A DNA stretch of 64,000 nucleotides. It comes from Longimicrobiales bacterium (GTDB lineage Bacteria; Gemmatimonadota; Gemmatimonadetes; Longimicrobiales; Gaopeijiaceae). This document shows positions 42,699 through 53,327 of the stretch, piece by piece. Numbering within the stretch: the stretch's first letter is position 1; the number at the start of each line of letters is the position of its first letter. The notes beneath the pieces were generated by a model. The model worked only from the letters and a program-made list of their open reading frames with translations. It was not told the origin of the DNA and made no database searches. The DNA is taken from NCBI GenBank assembly GCA_965248195.1, contig CBDFIQ010000001.1, positions 1,056,001 to 1,120,000 on the forward strand. The letters are read 5' to 3'. The translations under genes and the position numbers were made by a program.

Positions 42699-42880
42699 TA
42701 CGTCGCCGCGGCCAGCCCAAGACCACGCCTTCCACGAAGACGCGGAGCCCAGGGGATGGCATCGGCTGGATCATTGTCGAGGGCGTGGCCGCAAGAAGGC
42801 TTCCGAGGTGTGGGAGGATCGGTGTCCTGCGACCCCGTCAGCTGCATCTTCCGGCCTCAGGGGACGTGCACTACGTCGCC

Positions 42881-44086
42881 TTACCGTGCCGGTCCCGTTC
42901 CCGTGAGGGTGAACCTCTGCACTCGCTTCCTCGTACCTCCGATCCCGTTGACTTCTACCGTGTATAGGTTGCCCTGCGCGTCCGTCGTCATGTCATGGAG
43001 AACGTAGAACTCTCCCAGCTCGTCTCCGTGCTGCCCGAACCGAGTCAGCTCCTCCAGCGTCTCCCTATCGAGTACCACGATCTGGTGATCGCTCCGCTCC
43101 GCGAGGAATAGCCAACGCTGGTCCGGATCCGGCGAAAACGCGGTCCGGTTGACCGACCTGTGCGCCCCCGCTGTTGCAGTGATCAGATCGGTGGTCGGCT
43201 CGCCGAAGGAGGTGTCGTTAGCGCGCGCGGCCATGAGCGCCGGATCGGGGTCGGGGAACCGGCCGATCATCTTCTCCGCCACGAACTCACCTTCCGGGGT
43301 GAACACCTGCAGCCGCATTGACTGGGAATCTGACACGTAGACGAGCCCATCGTTCGCGACCCGAACACCGTGCACGAGGTGGAAGTGCTGGGGGTCCCAC
43401 TCGGCCTCGCCCGGCGTTGGGTCCGTGGGCGGGTTGCCATACGCGTCCCACATCCTCTTGAACGCCCCTGTGGTGGCGTCGAACACGATGATGCGCCGGT
43501 TGCCGTATCCGTCGGCCACAAACACCTCGTTCCTCGGCTGGTACACATAAACGTCCGCGGGGCGGTTGACGTTCAGGGTGTCCAGGTTTCCCTGGCTTGA
43601 ATTCGCCCGCCCGATCTGCATGACGAAATCGCCCTCACGGGTGAACTTGAGGATCTGGTCGTCCCCACCTCCGCTTCCCGCGATCCAGACGTAGCCGTCC
43701 GGGTCCACGGCGATCCCGTGCTCGTTGCTGGGCCATTCGAACTCGTTCGAGTCGCGGTACTCTGTCCCGCCCCACCCCTGGACGTACGTACCGTCGGCGT
43801 CGAACTCGAGAACCGCCGGCGCCGCCCGGCCCTGGTTTTCGTCGGGGATGGTACGGGGGCGGTGGATGATCCAGATGTGGTTCTCCGTGTCCGTGGCAAG
43901 TCCCGACGCCAAACCGAGAACCCAGTCGTTGGGTACCTGCGGCCAGGCCTCCGCCTCGTAGATCGGGATCTCACCGCCTCCCGCACTAGCCCCCGCGGCC
44001 TCTCCGCCTCCAGCGCTCCCTTCCGGAGCGCAGCCGACGACGACCGAAGCCGAGACGGCGATCGTCATCCACGCCTTTCGCATCAT
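42881..44086 (-). CDS. NHL-repeat beta-propeller lipoprotein (paralog of 30909..32030)
   Basis: RBS GAGGAGG, lipobox VVGC, VADGYGNRRIIVFD. Confidence 0.85.
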   Translation of the reverse strand: MMRKAWMTIAVSASVVVGCAPEGSAGGGEAAGASAGGGEIPIYEAEAWPQVPNDWVLGLASGLATDTENHIWIIHRPRTIPDENQGRAAPAVLEFDADGTYVQGWGGTEYRDSNEFEWPSNEHGIAVDPDGYVWIAGSGGGDDQILKFTREGDFVMQIGRANSSQGNLDTLNVNRPADVYVYQPRNEVFVADGYGNRRIIVFDATTGAFKRMWDAYGNPPTDPTPGEAEWDPQHFHLVHGVRVANDGLVYVSDSQSMRLQVFTPEGEFVAEKMIGRFPDPDPALMAARANDTSFGEPTTDLITATAGAHRSVNRTAFSPDPDQRWLFLAERSDHQIVVLDRETLEELTRFGQHGDELGEFYVLHDMTTDAQGNLYTVEVNGIGGTRKRVQRFTLTGTGPAR

Positions 44087-44234
44087 GTGCCTCCTCGAAA
44101 CAAGTGCTCGGTGAAAGGCCATCCAGGCCGACTGCGGCCCGAGGGCTGCGTTCAGGCGGGTGATTGGGTCGGTCATCAGCGCAACATAGCCCGAGGCCTC
44201 AGGTTGTGCCCCCCGCCGCCTGAATACGAGGGCC

Positions 44235-44335
44235 ATCTAACGGATATGCGATTCTGCTGCGCGTCCAACATGCCCTCCGCGTGCGTAGCGCGCGACCCTC
44301 ACGCTTCACGTGACAGTAGCAATCGCTTGTTAGAT
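44235..44335 (-). repeat. attC site 7 (intact, 101 bp)
   Basis: minus strand ATCTAAC-AAGCG-ATTGCTAC ... GCAGAAT-CGCATATCC-GTTAGAT. Confidence 0.9.
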
Positions 44336-44971
44336 TGCACCCCCGTCGAACGCGATGCGCCAACGCTCTCCAGGGTCGTCAAACTGAACCTCGGCCACAG
44401 AAAAGACCGTTGGGTCGATCGGCCCACCGGTCCACTCCATCATTTCTTTGTGCTCAGGATGTCCCGGGTCAGACAGGGCAGCAAGCAGGTTCGCATAGCC
44501 GTGGGACCCGCCGCAGTCCTCGGGAGGACATGCCCCGGCCCCCCCGACGCATTCGGGCCCGGTGCTTAGGCTGCCGGCCTGCTCAAAGCCCTCAAGGATC
44601 ACTGCATGGTCCCAATTGTCGCCGAAGTCGTAGGTGTATTGGATCGGTGGTGGGTCGCCCGCCGTAAAGTCGAACGGAAACTCCGTCCAGTCGGCCGTGA
44701 CCGAAAGATCGTTCGGCACGTCCGGATCTGGGATTCCGAGCATCATTGCGGTGCCCGAGCCCGGATCGAGAACGCGGAATGTATGGAGGTGGTAGTCGAG
44801 CCATCCCATTGCGTCTTGGATCGCGACGTGGAGATCCCAAAAGGAATAGGTCGCGGGAACCTGAATTCACCGCCAAACAAGCGGGTTAGTCCCGACCAGA
44901 ACTACGAGGTATTGGAGCATCAAGCCTGGAGGAACCGGCGCGTCCCTCGGTTGACCCTGCGTCGACATCAT
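44330..44971 (-). pseudogene. plasmid pRiA4b ORF-3 family gene with in-frame TGA at 44867..44869
   Basis: PLVWR*IQVP..LHVAIQDAMGWLDYHLHTF, YTYDFGDNWDH, ACPPEDCGG. Confidence 0.8.
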
Positions 44972-45021
44972 CACCCTGCTCGGAGCATGATCAGGTGCAA
45001 TCTAACGTCTCTGCGATTCTG

Positions 45022-47386
45022 ATCTTATAAGGCGAAAGGCTGACCTCACTCGAGCGTGGCGTTACGCTGATCTTGCTCAAAGGCCTGCGGCACCCAACCC
45101 AAGGAGGCCAGCCATGTTTGTCGCAGGAATCGATGCTCACGCAACGTATTCGGTGATCGCCATCGTGAGCAATACAGGTCAGCTCGTGGCCGGACCCATC
45201 CGGATCAAGAACACACAAGAGGATCGACTCGATGATCTACTTCAGCAGTATCAGCCCCTGGAGGTGGTCGTCGAGACGAGTCCGGCCTGGCCGTGGCTCT
45301 TCGATCGACTCCAAGAGCGGGGGATCGACTTCGTGCTCGCTCACGCCAAGCGGCTCCGAGTCATTGCCGAGTCCAACTACAAGAGTGACGACATCGACGC
45401 CGAGTTGTTGGCGCGTATGCGGCTCGCGGGCCTCATCCCCGAGGTCCATCCGAAGTGCGTCGAGCAGCGGGAGCAGGCGGTACTGCTACGCAACCGGGCG
45501 AGACTCGTACGCGAACGGACGCGCATGGTGAACCGCATCCACTCCCAACTCCACAACGTTGGGCTTCACCTGGAGCGTGGGCGTCTGCTCACCCAGGACG
45601 GACGTCAGTGGGTGCGTACCGAGGCATGGCCCCTGCTCGGAGACGAGCGGCGTCTGTTCATCGACATGCAGTGGGAACTCATCGACCAGATCGTACCGAT
45701 GATCAAAACCCTCGATCGCAGAGTGGAACACGTGGGCCGCGAGATCCCGGCTGTGGCCCTGCTCGAGACCGTCCCGGGCATCGGTCCCTACCGGGCATTG
45801 CTCATCGCCACCGAGACGTTGCCCATCAAACGATTTCGTACACCGGGGCACCTGGTCAGCTACGCCGGTCTAGCCCCTCGCTCCTCACAGTCAGGGCTCC
45901 GGCCCATCCGCCACGGATCGATCCCCGCCGGGGCCAACCGTTGGCTGAGGGGCACCTTCGTCCGGACCGTCGTGAGCCACGTCACTCACGCGCCCGACAG
46001 CTGGCTATCACAGTCGTACGAACTGATCAGGCAACGGCTCGGGTGGCAGGTCGCTCGGGTCGCTACCGCTCGGCGCCTCGCTCGTGCTGTGCACGCGATG
46101 CTCCGTACGGGTGAGGTCTGGCACGATGAACCCGTGGCTCGATCAAACTGAGATGACACACGATGATGGACCGTACCACGACAGGGGTGAGCTCCGTGCG
46201 CAGCATGTCGCACGACGACCCTCAGATTCTGATTGAGCCCCCCGCTCGCATAGCAGATCTTCGGACATCCCCGCGCTGGGATGAAACCTGAATAGATGCC
46301 TGAGTTCCTCGTGAGAGGAGACTCACCCAAGATCGGACGCGACGTTGGTACTGAAGGATGAAAAACGGAAGATGATCACGCAGGCCTTGAGCTACAGACC
46401 AGTGGACCGAGCCACCCCTCCGCCCTCTCTGCCAACGTACGTGAGACACGGAGCACGCAAAGAATTAGAGTAGGGCGAAGGCAGAGAAAACGAACATGTT
46501 GGGACTGCGAGAGAGAATGGAAGAGAATGGTAGTGCCCCTGGAATCGGGGAGGCCAAGCGAAGCGCGGCAGCTCCTGCGGACCCGGAGGTAGTAGATAGG
46601 CCGCTACGCCGGCGGTTCAGTCCATCGTACAAGCTGCGGATCGTCGAAGAAGCGGACCGGTGCACCGAGCCCGGCGAGGTGGGTCAGCTCCTGCGGCGCG
46701 AGGGCCTGTACTCGTCGCACCTGACGACGTGGCGCAAGGCGGCGCATAGCGGGTCGCTGAAGGCCCTGTCGAAGAAACGCGGCCGCAAGCCGGAGCGGAA
46801 TCCGCTGGATGAGAAGGTACGCAAGCTGGAGCGGCAAAACGCACGGCTCGAGAATGAGCTCAGGAAGGCACACCTGATCATCGACGTGCAGGGAAAAGTT
46901 GCGGGGCTGCTGGGGATAAGCCTCGACGACGGGACGAACTCTTGAAGGCGGCCGATGAGCTGGCTAAGCACGTCGGTGTAAAACCGGCGTGCGCGGCTCT
47001 CGAGGTCTCCCGATCGACGTTCTACCGTCGTCGAGGCCCATCGACCGGGCAACGGCAGCCCCGCCCGACGCCCGCCCGGGCATTGAGCGAGACGGAACGA
47101 GGCGAGGTTACCTGATCGGCGTTCCCGAAGTGGACACATTGCCGGCAGGAAATCCGTGCTCCGCGAAGCATGGGCCGCTCATCCCGAACGCTTCGTCACA
47201 GGTGTGCCGAAGCCCAAACCGCTCCCGGAGGCCGTCTACATCAATCCTCCCATCCCTTCCCTCACCACACAGGATATTGCTCTCTAATTAATCCCGTAGA
47301 GTGTCCCATTGTCGTTGACAGGTTCCGCCGGGACCCCGGACGGGTAAGGGAGGGCTACGCCCTGTTGACTCCCTTCACCTTATAGA
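45022..47386 (+). mobile_element. IS1111-type element copy 3 (variant recombinase 45114..46151), carrying IS3-like copy D in its 3' region
   Basis: TG core at 45020 and 47387; same ends as copies 1 and 2. Confidence 0.92.
46423..47327 (+). mobile_element. IS3-like element copy D, internally deleted (905 bp)
   Basis: Both ends and orfA intact, TSD CCG, most of orfB missing. Confidence 0.9.
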
Positions 47387-47489
47387 TGCTGCGCGGCTAA
47401 TGTGGTGACCGCAAGCGAAGCGCGCGAGCCTAATGGCTACCGCGACAGTAGCAATCGCTTGTTAGATGGCGCGGACGCTCGGAAAGACC

Positions 47490-48197
47490 TCACTCGCCAG
47501 CGGGTCTAGACTCCGCAATCAGCCTAAGGATCGTCGCAGCCTCATCGAGTAGCCGCTGCCCACCCTGCACTAGGTCCTGCTGTATCCACACTCGACTCGT
47601 CACCACGTCCGCGAAATCCGAGGCAGCCAAGCGTCGCAGATCGACCCTATACTCCACGGGAGGGACCGCAATACCCTCATATTCGGGATAGAGGCCTGTG
47701 AGGGCCCGCGCTTCGATCATCAACGGTTCCTCGAAGCCGATCCAATGGTCCCAAGCCCATTGTGAGACATTGCCCTGGACCGCGACCTGGCTTTCGAACC
47801 GGGCAAGAGCCACGCGGAGACTGTCACTGCGCAGAAGCCGGATGTCGCCGGAGTTGACCATGTCGTGGTATGTAGCGAGAACGGGTCGGAAATGTTCGAT
47901 ACGAAACGCGTCTTCCAGAAGTAACCTGACACTCTCTCTTGAGGCGCTGGCATAGTCGGTGTCGAGGAGGCCGAGGTTGGCATCTCGTATCCGGGCGGCC
48001 GTTTCAACGTGCGCGGTCAACTCGCGCTGGTTTTCAAAGAAATCCTGTTCAAGCGCCTCGAGGTACTGGATTTCCTCTGCAACCTCACGCCGCGCATCCG
48101 TGGCCGAGTCGGCCCACAATGCGAGAGCTGCGCCGATCAAGAGGAGCCCTACCTCGGCTACAGCTTGGCGCCAGTTGATTCGATCGGTGAGGGCCAG
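47490..48197 (-). CDS. cassette-encoded membrane-anchored helical protein (DUF6090-like), probable CTG start
   Basis: GGAG-6nt-CTG then ALTDRINWRQAVAEVGLLLIGAALALWADS; TYHDMVNSGDIRLLRSDSLR. Confidence 0.6.
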   Translation of the reverse strand: MALTDRINWRQAVAEVGLLLIGAALALWADSATDARREVAEEIQYLEALEQDFFENQRELTAHVETAARIRDANLGLLDTDYASASRESVRLLLEDAFRIEHFRPVLATYHDMVNSGDIRLLRSDSLRVALARFESQVAVQGNVSQWAWDHWIGFEEPLMIEARALTGLYPEYEGIAVPPVEYRVDLRRLAASDFADVVTSRVWIQQDLVQGGQRLLDEAATILRLIAESRPAGE

Positions 48198-48227
48198 GAT
48201 TCACTCCAGCACGAGGAACTGAGCGCC

Positions 48228-48325
48228 ATCTAACGTCTCGTGTTTCTGCCGCGCGTCAATCTGCACTGCGCGCGCGTAGTGCGCGACCCTCCCGGTATCG
48301 CGACAGTAGCAAACACTTGTTAGAG
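48228..48325 (-). repeat. attC site 9 (intact, 98 bp)
   Basis: minus strand CTCTAAC-AAGTG-TTTGCTAC ... GCAGAAA-CACGAGAC-GTTAGAT. Confidence 0.85.
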
Positions 48326-48370
48326 AGCCCGGAAGCCGGTAGCATTGAGGTGCTACTTCGGAGGAATACC

Positions 48371-48598
48371 ATGGTTCGAAGTGTGAAATTGCGCAGAATG
48401 GGGGGATCTGTCGGGGCCACCCTGCCCAAGGAGATGGCGGAGCGCCTCCACCTTGAGGCGGGAGACGAAGTGCTTGCCGTTGAGACGGCAGACGGGATTC
48501 TGCTTAGCCCCTACAATCCAGAGGTAGAGGAGGGGCTCGCAATCGCGGCCGAGGCTCAGAAGCGGTACCAGGGGGCTCTTAGAGAACTCGCGAAGTGA
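48371..48598 (+). CDS. AbrB/MazE-type antitoxin
   Basis: KLRRMGGSVGATLPKE..LEAGDEV..GILLSPY, ALRELAK. Confidence 0.9.
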   Translation: MVRSVKLRRMGGSVGATLPKEMAERLHLEAGDEVLAVETADGILLSPYNPEVEEGLAIAAEAQKRYQGALRELAK

Positions 48599-48999
48599 CT
48601 CAGCCGGAGCCCCGGTGGGTTCCCCGGCTTGTCATTGAGGCCGTCCATCTCGACCAGATTCGCGAACACGGCGGCCTGATAGGCATCCGCGACGAGAATG
48701 CCCTGGAGTCAGCCCTAGCCCGGGCAAGGCAGAGATGGACGTATGAGCCGGAGTCGGACCTGGCACGGCTCGCCGCCGACTACGCTTTCGGAATTTGCTC
48801 CAGTCACCCCTTCCGAGACGGAAACAAGCGGATCTCGTTTTTAGCCGCCGTCATCTTTCTTGGCCTCAACGGACTCGACTTCATCGCCCCCGAAGACGAA
48901 GTGGTTGATAGATTGCTGGCCTTGGCTTCCGGAAACCTCGATGAGGAAGCACTAGCCGCGTGGATTCGCTCACGAATCCAACCTCAGTCAGGTGTCTGA
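48595..48999 (+). CDS. doc: Doc (death-on-curing) family toxin
   Basis: HGGLIGIRDENALESALAR, Fic/Doc motif HPFRDGNKR. Confidence 0.9.
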   Translation: MTQPEPRWVPRLVIEAVHLDQIREHGGLIGIRDENALESALARARQRWTYEPESDLARLAADYAFGICSSHPFRDGNKRISFLAAVIFLGLNGLDFIAPEDEVVDRLLALASGNLDEEALAAWIRSRIQPQSGV

Positions 49000-49007
49000 A
49001 GAGGGCT

Positions 49008-50414
49008 CTCTAACGTCTCTGCGATGGTCAAGTCCCGATTTGTGTGTAAAAGCGGAGGAAGCTCCTCGCCTTCGGCTAGGCTGCTTGGGCGACCTCCTGT
49101 TTCTGGAGGAGTGAGAGGTCGAGGTAACGCCGGTCGCCCCAGACGTGTGTGGTCCTGAGTGCGACGGCCGTGATGAGCCTGAGGGCGCTGGCCCGGTCCG
49201 GGAAGGCGCCGGCGGCCTTGATCCTGCGTTTGATCTCGCCGTGCAGCCGCTCGAGGCTGTTGGTGGTACGCAGCCGGGGCCAGTGCGCCTCGGGGAACGC
49301 GTAGAACTGCGTCGCTGCCCCGAAGCCCCGCTCCAGGACCTCCACGGCCTCGGGCAGCTCCTTCTTCCAGCGTGCGCCGAACTCGCCCAGGAGCTTCTTC
49401 GCCTCGGCGAGTCCGGATGTCTGGAAGATCACCGAGACCTCACGCGCCACGCGCTTGCGTAGGCGGTGGGGGACCCTCGCCCCCACATTACGCTGCAGAT
49501 GGACCGTACACCTCTGACGGCGTGCCTCGGGCAGGAAGCGGCGGACCGCAGCTGCCAGGCCTGCGTGCTCATCGGCGATCACGAGCTCGACACCGCCGAG
49601 GCCGCGGTCCTGGAGTTGCTCGAGGAGCTCCGACCAGCTCTGCTGCGACTCCTCAGCGCCCAGCGTGACGGCCAGGAGCCGTCGGTGACCCTCAGGGCCC
49701 ACTGCATACGCCACGAGCGCACTCACGTTCTCGACTTTGCGGGCCCAGCGGGCGTCCAAGAACGTGGCGTCCAGGTACAGATAGGGGTGAGGCCCCTCGA
49801 TCGGCGCACGGCGCAGCCCTTCCACGGCCTCGTCGAGCCGTTTTGCCACACGACTCACCGTCGAGCGCCCAACACGCTCGCCCATCAGCGCCTCGGTGAC
49901 GTCGCCCATCTTGCGCTGTGACACGCCGCTCACATACGCCTCGACCATCATCTCGTCGAGCTCGGGGCTCCTGCGCTGGTAGCGGCCGATCACGTCGGCC
50001 GGCGAACCGTTGTCCCGGCTCCGGGGCATGGCGACCTCGATCTGCCCCAGGCTCGTCAGCAGCCGCCTCAGGTATGTGCCGTTCCTATGGTCCTTCCGGC
50101 TTCCCACCCGCTCGAAGCGGCGTGCACCTACCATGGCCTTCAGCTCCTCTTCCAGCACCATCTCGAGCGTCAGCCGGATCGCGCCTTGAAACAGCTCGCG
50201 CAAATCATCGCGTAGCTCGTCTTGCGTGGCCCGACCGATCTCCACAATCTCTTGCATCGGAAGCTCCTCTCCGGTTCCGAGCCTGCTCTGCAGACCCGGA
50301 CTCCCGGGTTCATGTGACAGTGAACAACAACAGAGGAGCTTCCGTTTTTCTTTCCCTCCTGTCCAGCTTATCCGCTTTTACACAAATCTAGGGACACTAC
50401 CCTCTGCGATTCTG
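49008..50414 (-). repeat. attC site 10 remnant (R'/L' half), hit by IS256 and IS1111
   Basis: CTCTAACGTCTCTGCGAT|IS256|CTCTGCGATTCTG|IS1111. Confidence 0.8.
49026..50401 (-). mobile_element. IS256-family element copy 4
   Basis: 9-bp TSD CTCTGCGAT. Confidence 0.97.
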
Positions 50415-51575
50415 ATCTTATAAGGCGAAAGGCTGACCTCACTCGAGCGTGGCGTTACGCTGATCTTGCTCAAAGGCCTGCGGCACCCAACCCAAGGAGG
50501 CCAGCCATGTTTGTCGCAGGAATCGATGCTCACGCAACGTATTCGGTGATCGCCATCGTGAGCAACACAGGTCAGCTCGTTGCCGGACCCATCCGGATCA
50601 AGAACACGCAAGAGGATCGGCTCAATGATCTACTGGAGCAGTATCAGCCCCTGGAGGTGGTCGTCGAGACGAGTCCGGCCTGGCCGTGGCTCTTCGATCG
50701 ACTCCAAGAGCGGGGGATCGACTTCGTGCTCGCTCACGCCAAGCGGCTCCGAGTCATCGCCGAGTCCAACTACAAGAGTGACGACATCGACGCCGAGTTG
50801 TTGGCGCGTATGCGACTCGCGGGCCTCATCCCCGAGGTCCATCCGAAGTGCGTCGAGCAGCGGGAGCAGGCGGTACTGCTACGCAACCGGGCACGACTCG
50901 TACGCGAACGCACACGCATGGTGAACCGCATCCATGCCCAGATCCACAACGTCGGGCTTCATCTGGAGCGTGGGCGTCTGCTCACCCAGGATGGACGCCA
51001 GTGGGTGCATGACGTGGCGTGGCCGCTGCTCGGAGCCGAGCGGCGTCTGTTCATCGACATGCAGTGGGAACTCATCGACCAGATCGTGCCGATGATCAAA
51101 ACGCTTGATCGCAGGGTTGAGCACGTAGGCCGCAAGGTCCCCGCTGTAGCTCTGCTCGAGACCATCCCGGGCGTCGGTTCCTATCGGGCATTGCTCATCG
51201 CCACCGAGACGTTGCCCATCAAACGATTTCGTACACCGGGGCACCTGGTCAGCTACGCCGGTCTAGCCCCTCGCTCCTCACAGTCAGGGCTCCGGCCCAT
51301 CCGCCACGGATCGATCCCCGCCGGGGCCAACCGTTGGCTGAGGGGCACCTTCGTCCGGACCGTCGTGAGCCACGTCACTCACGCGCCCGACAGCTGGCTA
51401 TCACAGTCGTACGAACTGATCAGGCAACGGCTCGGGTGGCAGGTCGCTCGGGTCGCTACCGCTCGGCGCCTCGCTCGTGCTGTGCACGCGATGCTCCGTA
51501 CGGGTGAGGTCTGGCACGATGAACCCGTGGCTCGATCAAACTGAGATGACACACGATGATGGACCGTACCACGAC
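50415..51575 (+). mobile_element. IS1111-type element copy 4 (recombinase 50507..51544 intact, 3' non-coding region deleted)
   Basis: Left end intact, cut 31 bp after stop codon by IS256. Confidence 0.9.
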
Positions 51576-52951
51576 GGTAGTGTCCCTAGATTTGTGTAAA
51601 AGCGGATAAGCTGGACAGGAGGGAAAGAAAAACGGAAGCTCCTCTGTTGTTGTTCACTGTCACATGAACCCGGGAGTCCGGGTCTGCAGAGCAGGCTCGG
51701 AACCGGAGAGGAGCTTCCGATGCAAGAGATTGTGGAGATCGGTCGGGCCACGCAAGACGAGCTACGCGATGATTTGCGCGAGCTGTTTCAAGGCGCGATC
51801 CGGCTGACGCTCGAGATGGTGCTGGAAGAGGAGCTGAAGGCCATGGTAGGTGCACGCCGCTTCGAGCGGGTGGGAAGCCGGAAGGACCATAGGAACGGCA
51901 CATACCTGAGGCGGCTGCTGACGAGCCTGGGGCAGATCGAGGTCGCCATGCCCCGGAGCCGGGACAACGGTTCGCCGGCCGACGTGATCGGCCGCTACCA
52001 GCGCAGGAGCCCCGAGCTCGACGAGATGATGGTCGAGGCGTATGTGAGCGGCGTGTCACAGCGCAAGATGGGCGACGTCACCGAGGCGCTGATGGGCGAG
52101 CGTGTTGGGCGCTCGACGGTGAGTCGTGTGGCAAAACGGCTCGACGAGGCCGTGGAAGGGCTGCGCCGTGCGCCGATCGAGGGGCCTCACCCCTATCTGT
52201 ACCTGGACGCCACGTTCTTGGACGCCCGCTGGGCCCGCAAAGTCGAGAACGTGAGTGCGCTCGTGGCGTATGCAGTGGGCCCTGAGGGTCACCGACGGCT
52301 CCTGGCCGTCACGCTGGGCGCTGAGGAGTCGCAGCAGAGCTGGTCGGAGCTCCTCGAGCAACTCCAGGACCGCGGCCTCGGCGGTGTCGAGCTCGTGATC
52401 GCCGATGAGCACGCAGGCCTGGCAGCTGCGGTCCGCCGCTTCCTGCCCGAGGCACGCCGTCAGAGGTGTACGGTCCATCTGCAGCGTAATGTGGGGGCGA
52501 GGGTCCCCCACCGCCTACGCAAGCGCGTGGCGCGTGAGGTCTCGGTGATCTTCCAGACATCCGGACTCGCCGAGGCGAAGAAGCTCCTGGGCGAGTTCGG
52601 CGCACGCTGGAAGAAGGAGCTGCCCGAGGCCGTGGAGGTCCTGGAGCGGGGCTTCGGGGCAGCGACGCAGTTCTACGCGTTCCCCGAGGCGCACTGGCCC
52701 CGGCTGCGTACCACCAACAGCCTCGAGCGGCTGCACGGCGAGATCAAACGCAGGATCAAGGCCGCCGGCGCCTTCCCGGACCGGGCCAGCGCCCTCAGGC
52801 TCATCACGGCCGTCGCACTCAGGACCACACACGTCTGGGGCGACCGGCGTTACCTCGACCTCTCACTCCTCCAGAAACAGGAGGTCGCCCAAGCAGCCTA
52901 GCCGAAGGCGAGGAGCTTCCTCCGCTTTTACACACAAATCGGGACTTGACC
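51576..52951 (+). mobile_element. IS256-family element copy 5
   Basis: Same element; right flank TCCTGAACC pairs with flank of copy 6. Confidence 0.95.
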
Positions 52952-53010
52952 TCCTGAACCGGGGTGGCTTGGGCATACGTAGCCCCTTGGACACCATCTG
53001 GGAGCCGTAG
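52952..53010 (+). pseudogene. intI: displaced 3' end of intI
   Basis: Reads LNRGGLGIRSPLDTIWEP*, the expected continuation of ...YTHVLNR. Confidence 0.85.
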
Positions 53011-53234
53011 CTGTGGATCGTCCTAAGGTTTCCTCTCGATCCCTGCGTCCGAGGCGTTGTCCTACTGCCCGCGCAATGGGGCAATATGCAGCCTCCCCGG
53101 CCCAGTCTAACCAGTGTCTTCGGAGTGCGAGCAGTTTGGATTAGTCCCAAGGATCTGGCGCAAAGTCGACCCCTCCAGGTATTCTCTGCGCGTGTATACG
53201 TTCGATGCTTTGGCCCTGTCACTGCGAAAAGTGT

Positions 53235-53253
53235 CGAATAAAAGGAGTTAGGC
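53235..53253 (+). other. putative attI (CGAATAA-AAGGA-GTTAGGC)
   Basis: GTTRRRY core with AT-rich L box 5 bp upstream, no attC hairpin, between intI 3' end and a cassette-like ORF. Confidence 0.55.
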
Positions 53254-53327
53254 TGATGTCTTCAGGCCTAGTGTTGACGTAGCACGCGATGGATGGAATT
53301 CTAGGTTGTCCCGAACCGGAGTGAGCG

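Larger units (their letters stand above)
45000..47467 (-). repeat. attC site 8, interrupted by IS1111-type copy 3
   Basis: Halves at 45000..45021 and 47387..47467. Confidence 0.85.

Noticed and set aside
44130..44176. MTDPITRLNAALG resembling the N-terminus of Ser/Thr kinases
   Set aside because: Only ~13 codons, no kinase domain follows; at most a remnant
33167..44241. GGCCATCTAAC shared by R'' at 33167 and the cassette start at 44241, suggesting two halves of one cassette
   Set aside because: CCATCTAAC is common to several sites here, so only 2 extra bases match
44867..44869. In-frame TGA as selenocysteine or programmed read-through
   Set aside because: Position corresponds to Arg in the WRR motif (CGA>TGA); simple nonsense mutation or sequencing error is more likely
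47365..47388. Junction promoter formed on IS1111 circularisation (TTGACT -35)
   Set aside because: Best -10 (TATAAG) would be 22 bp away; at 17 bp only GATCTT; plausible but not demonstrable
25414..50414. Recurrent ~100-bp repeats as a CRISPR array
   Set aside because: Separated by kb-sized genes, have attC box structure, and no cas genes are present
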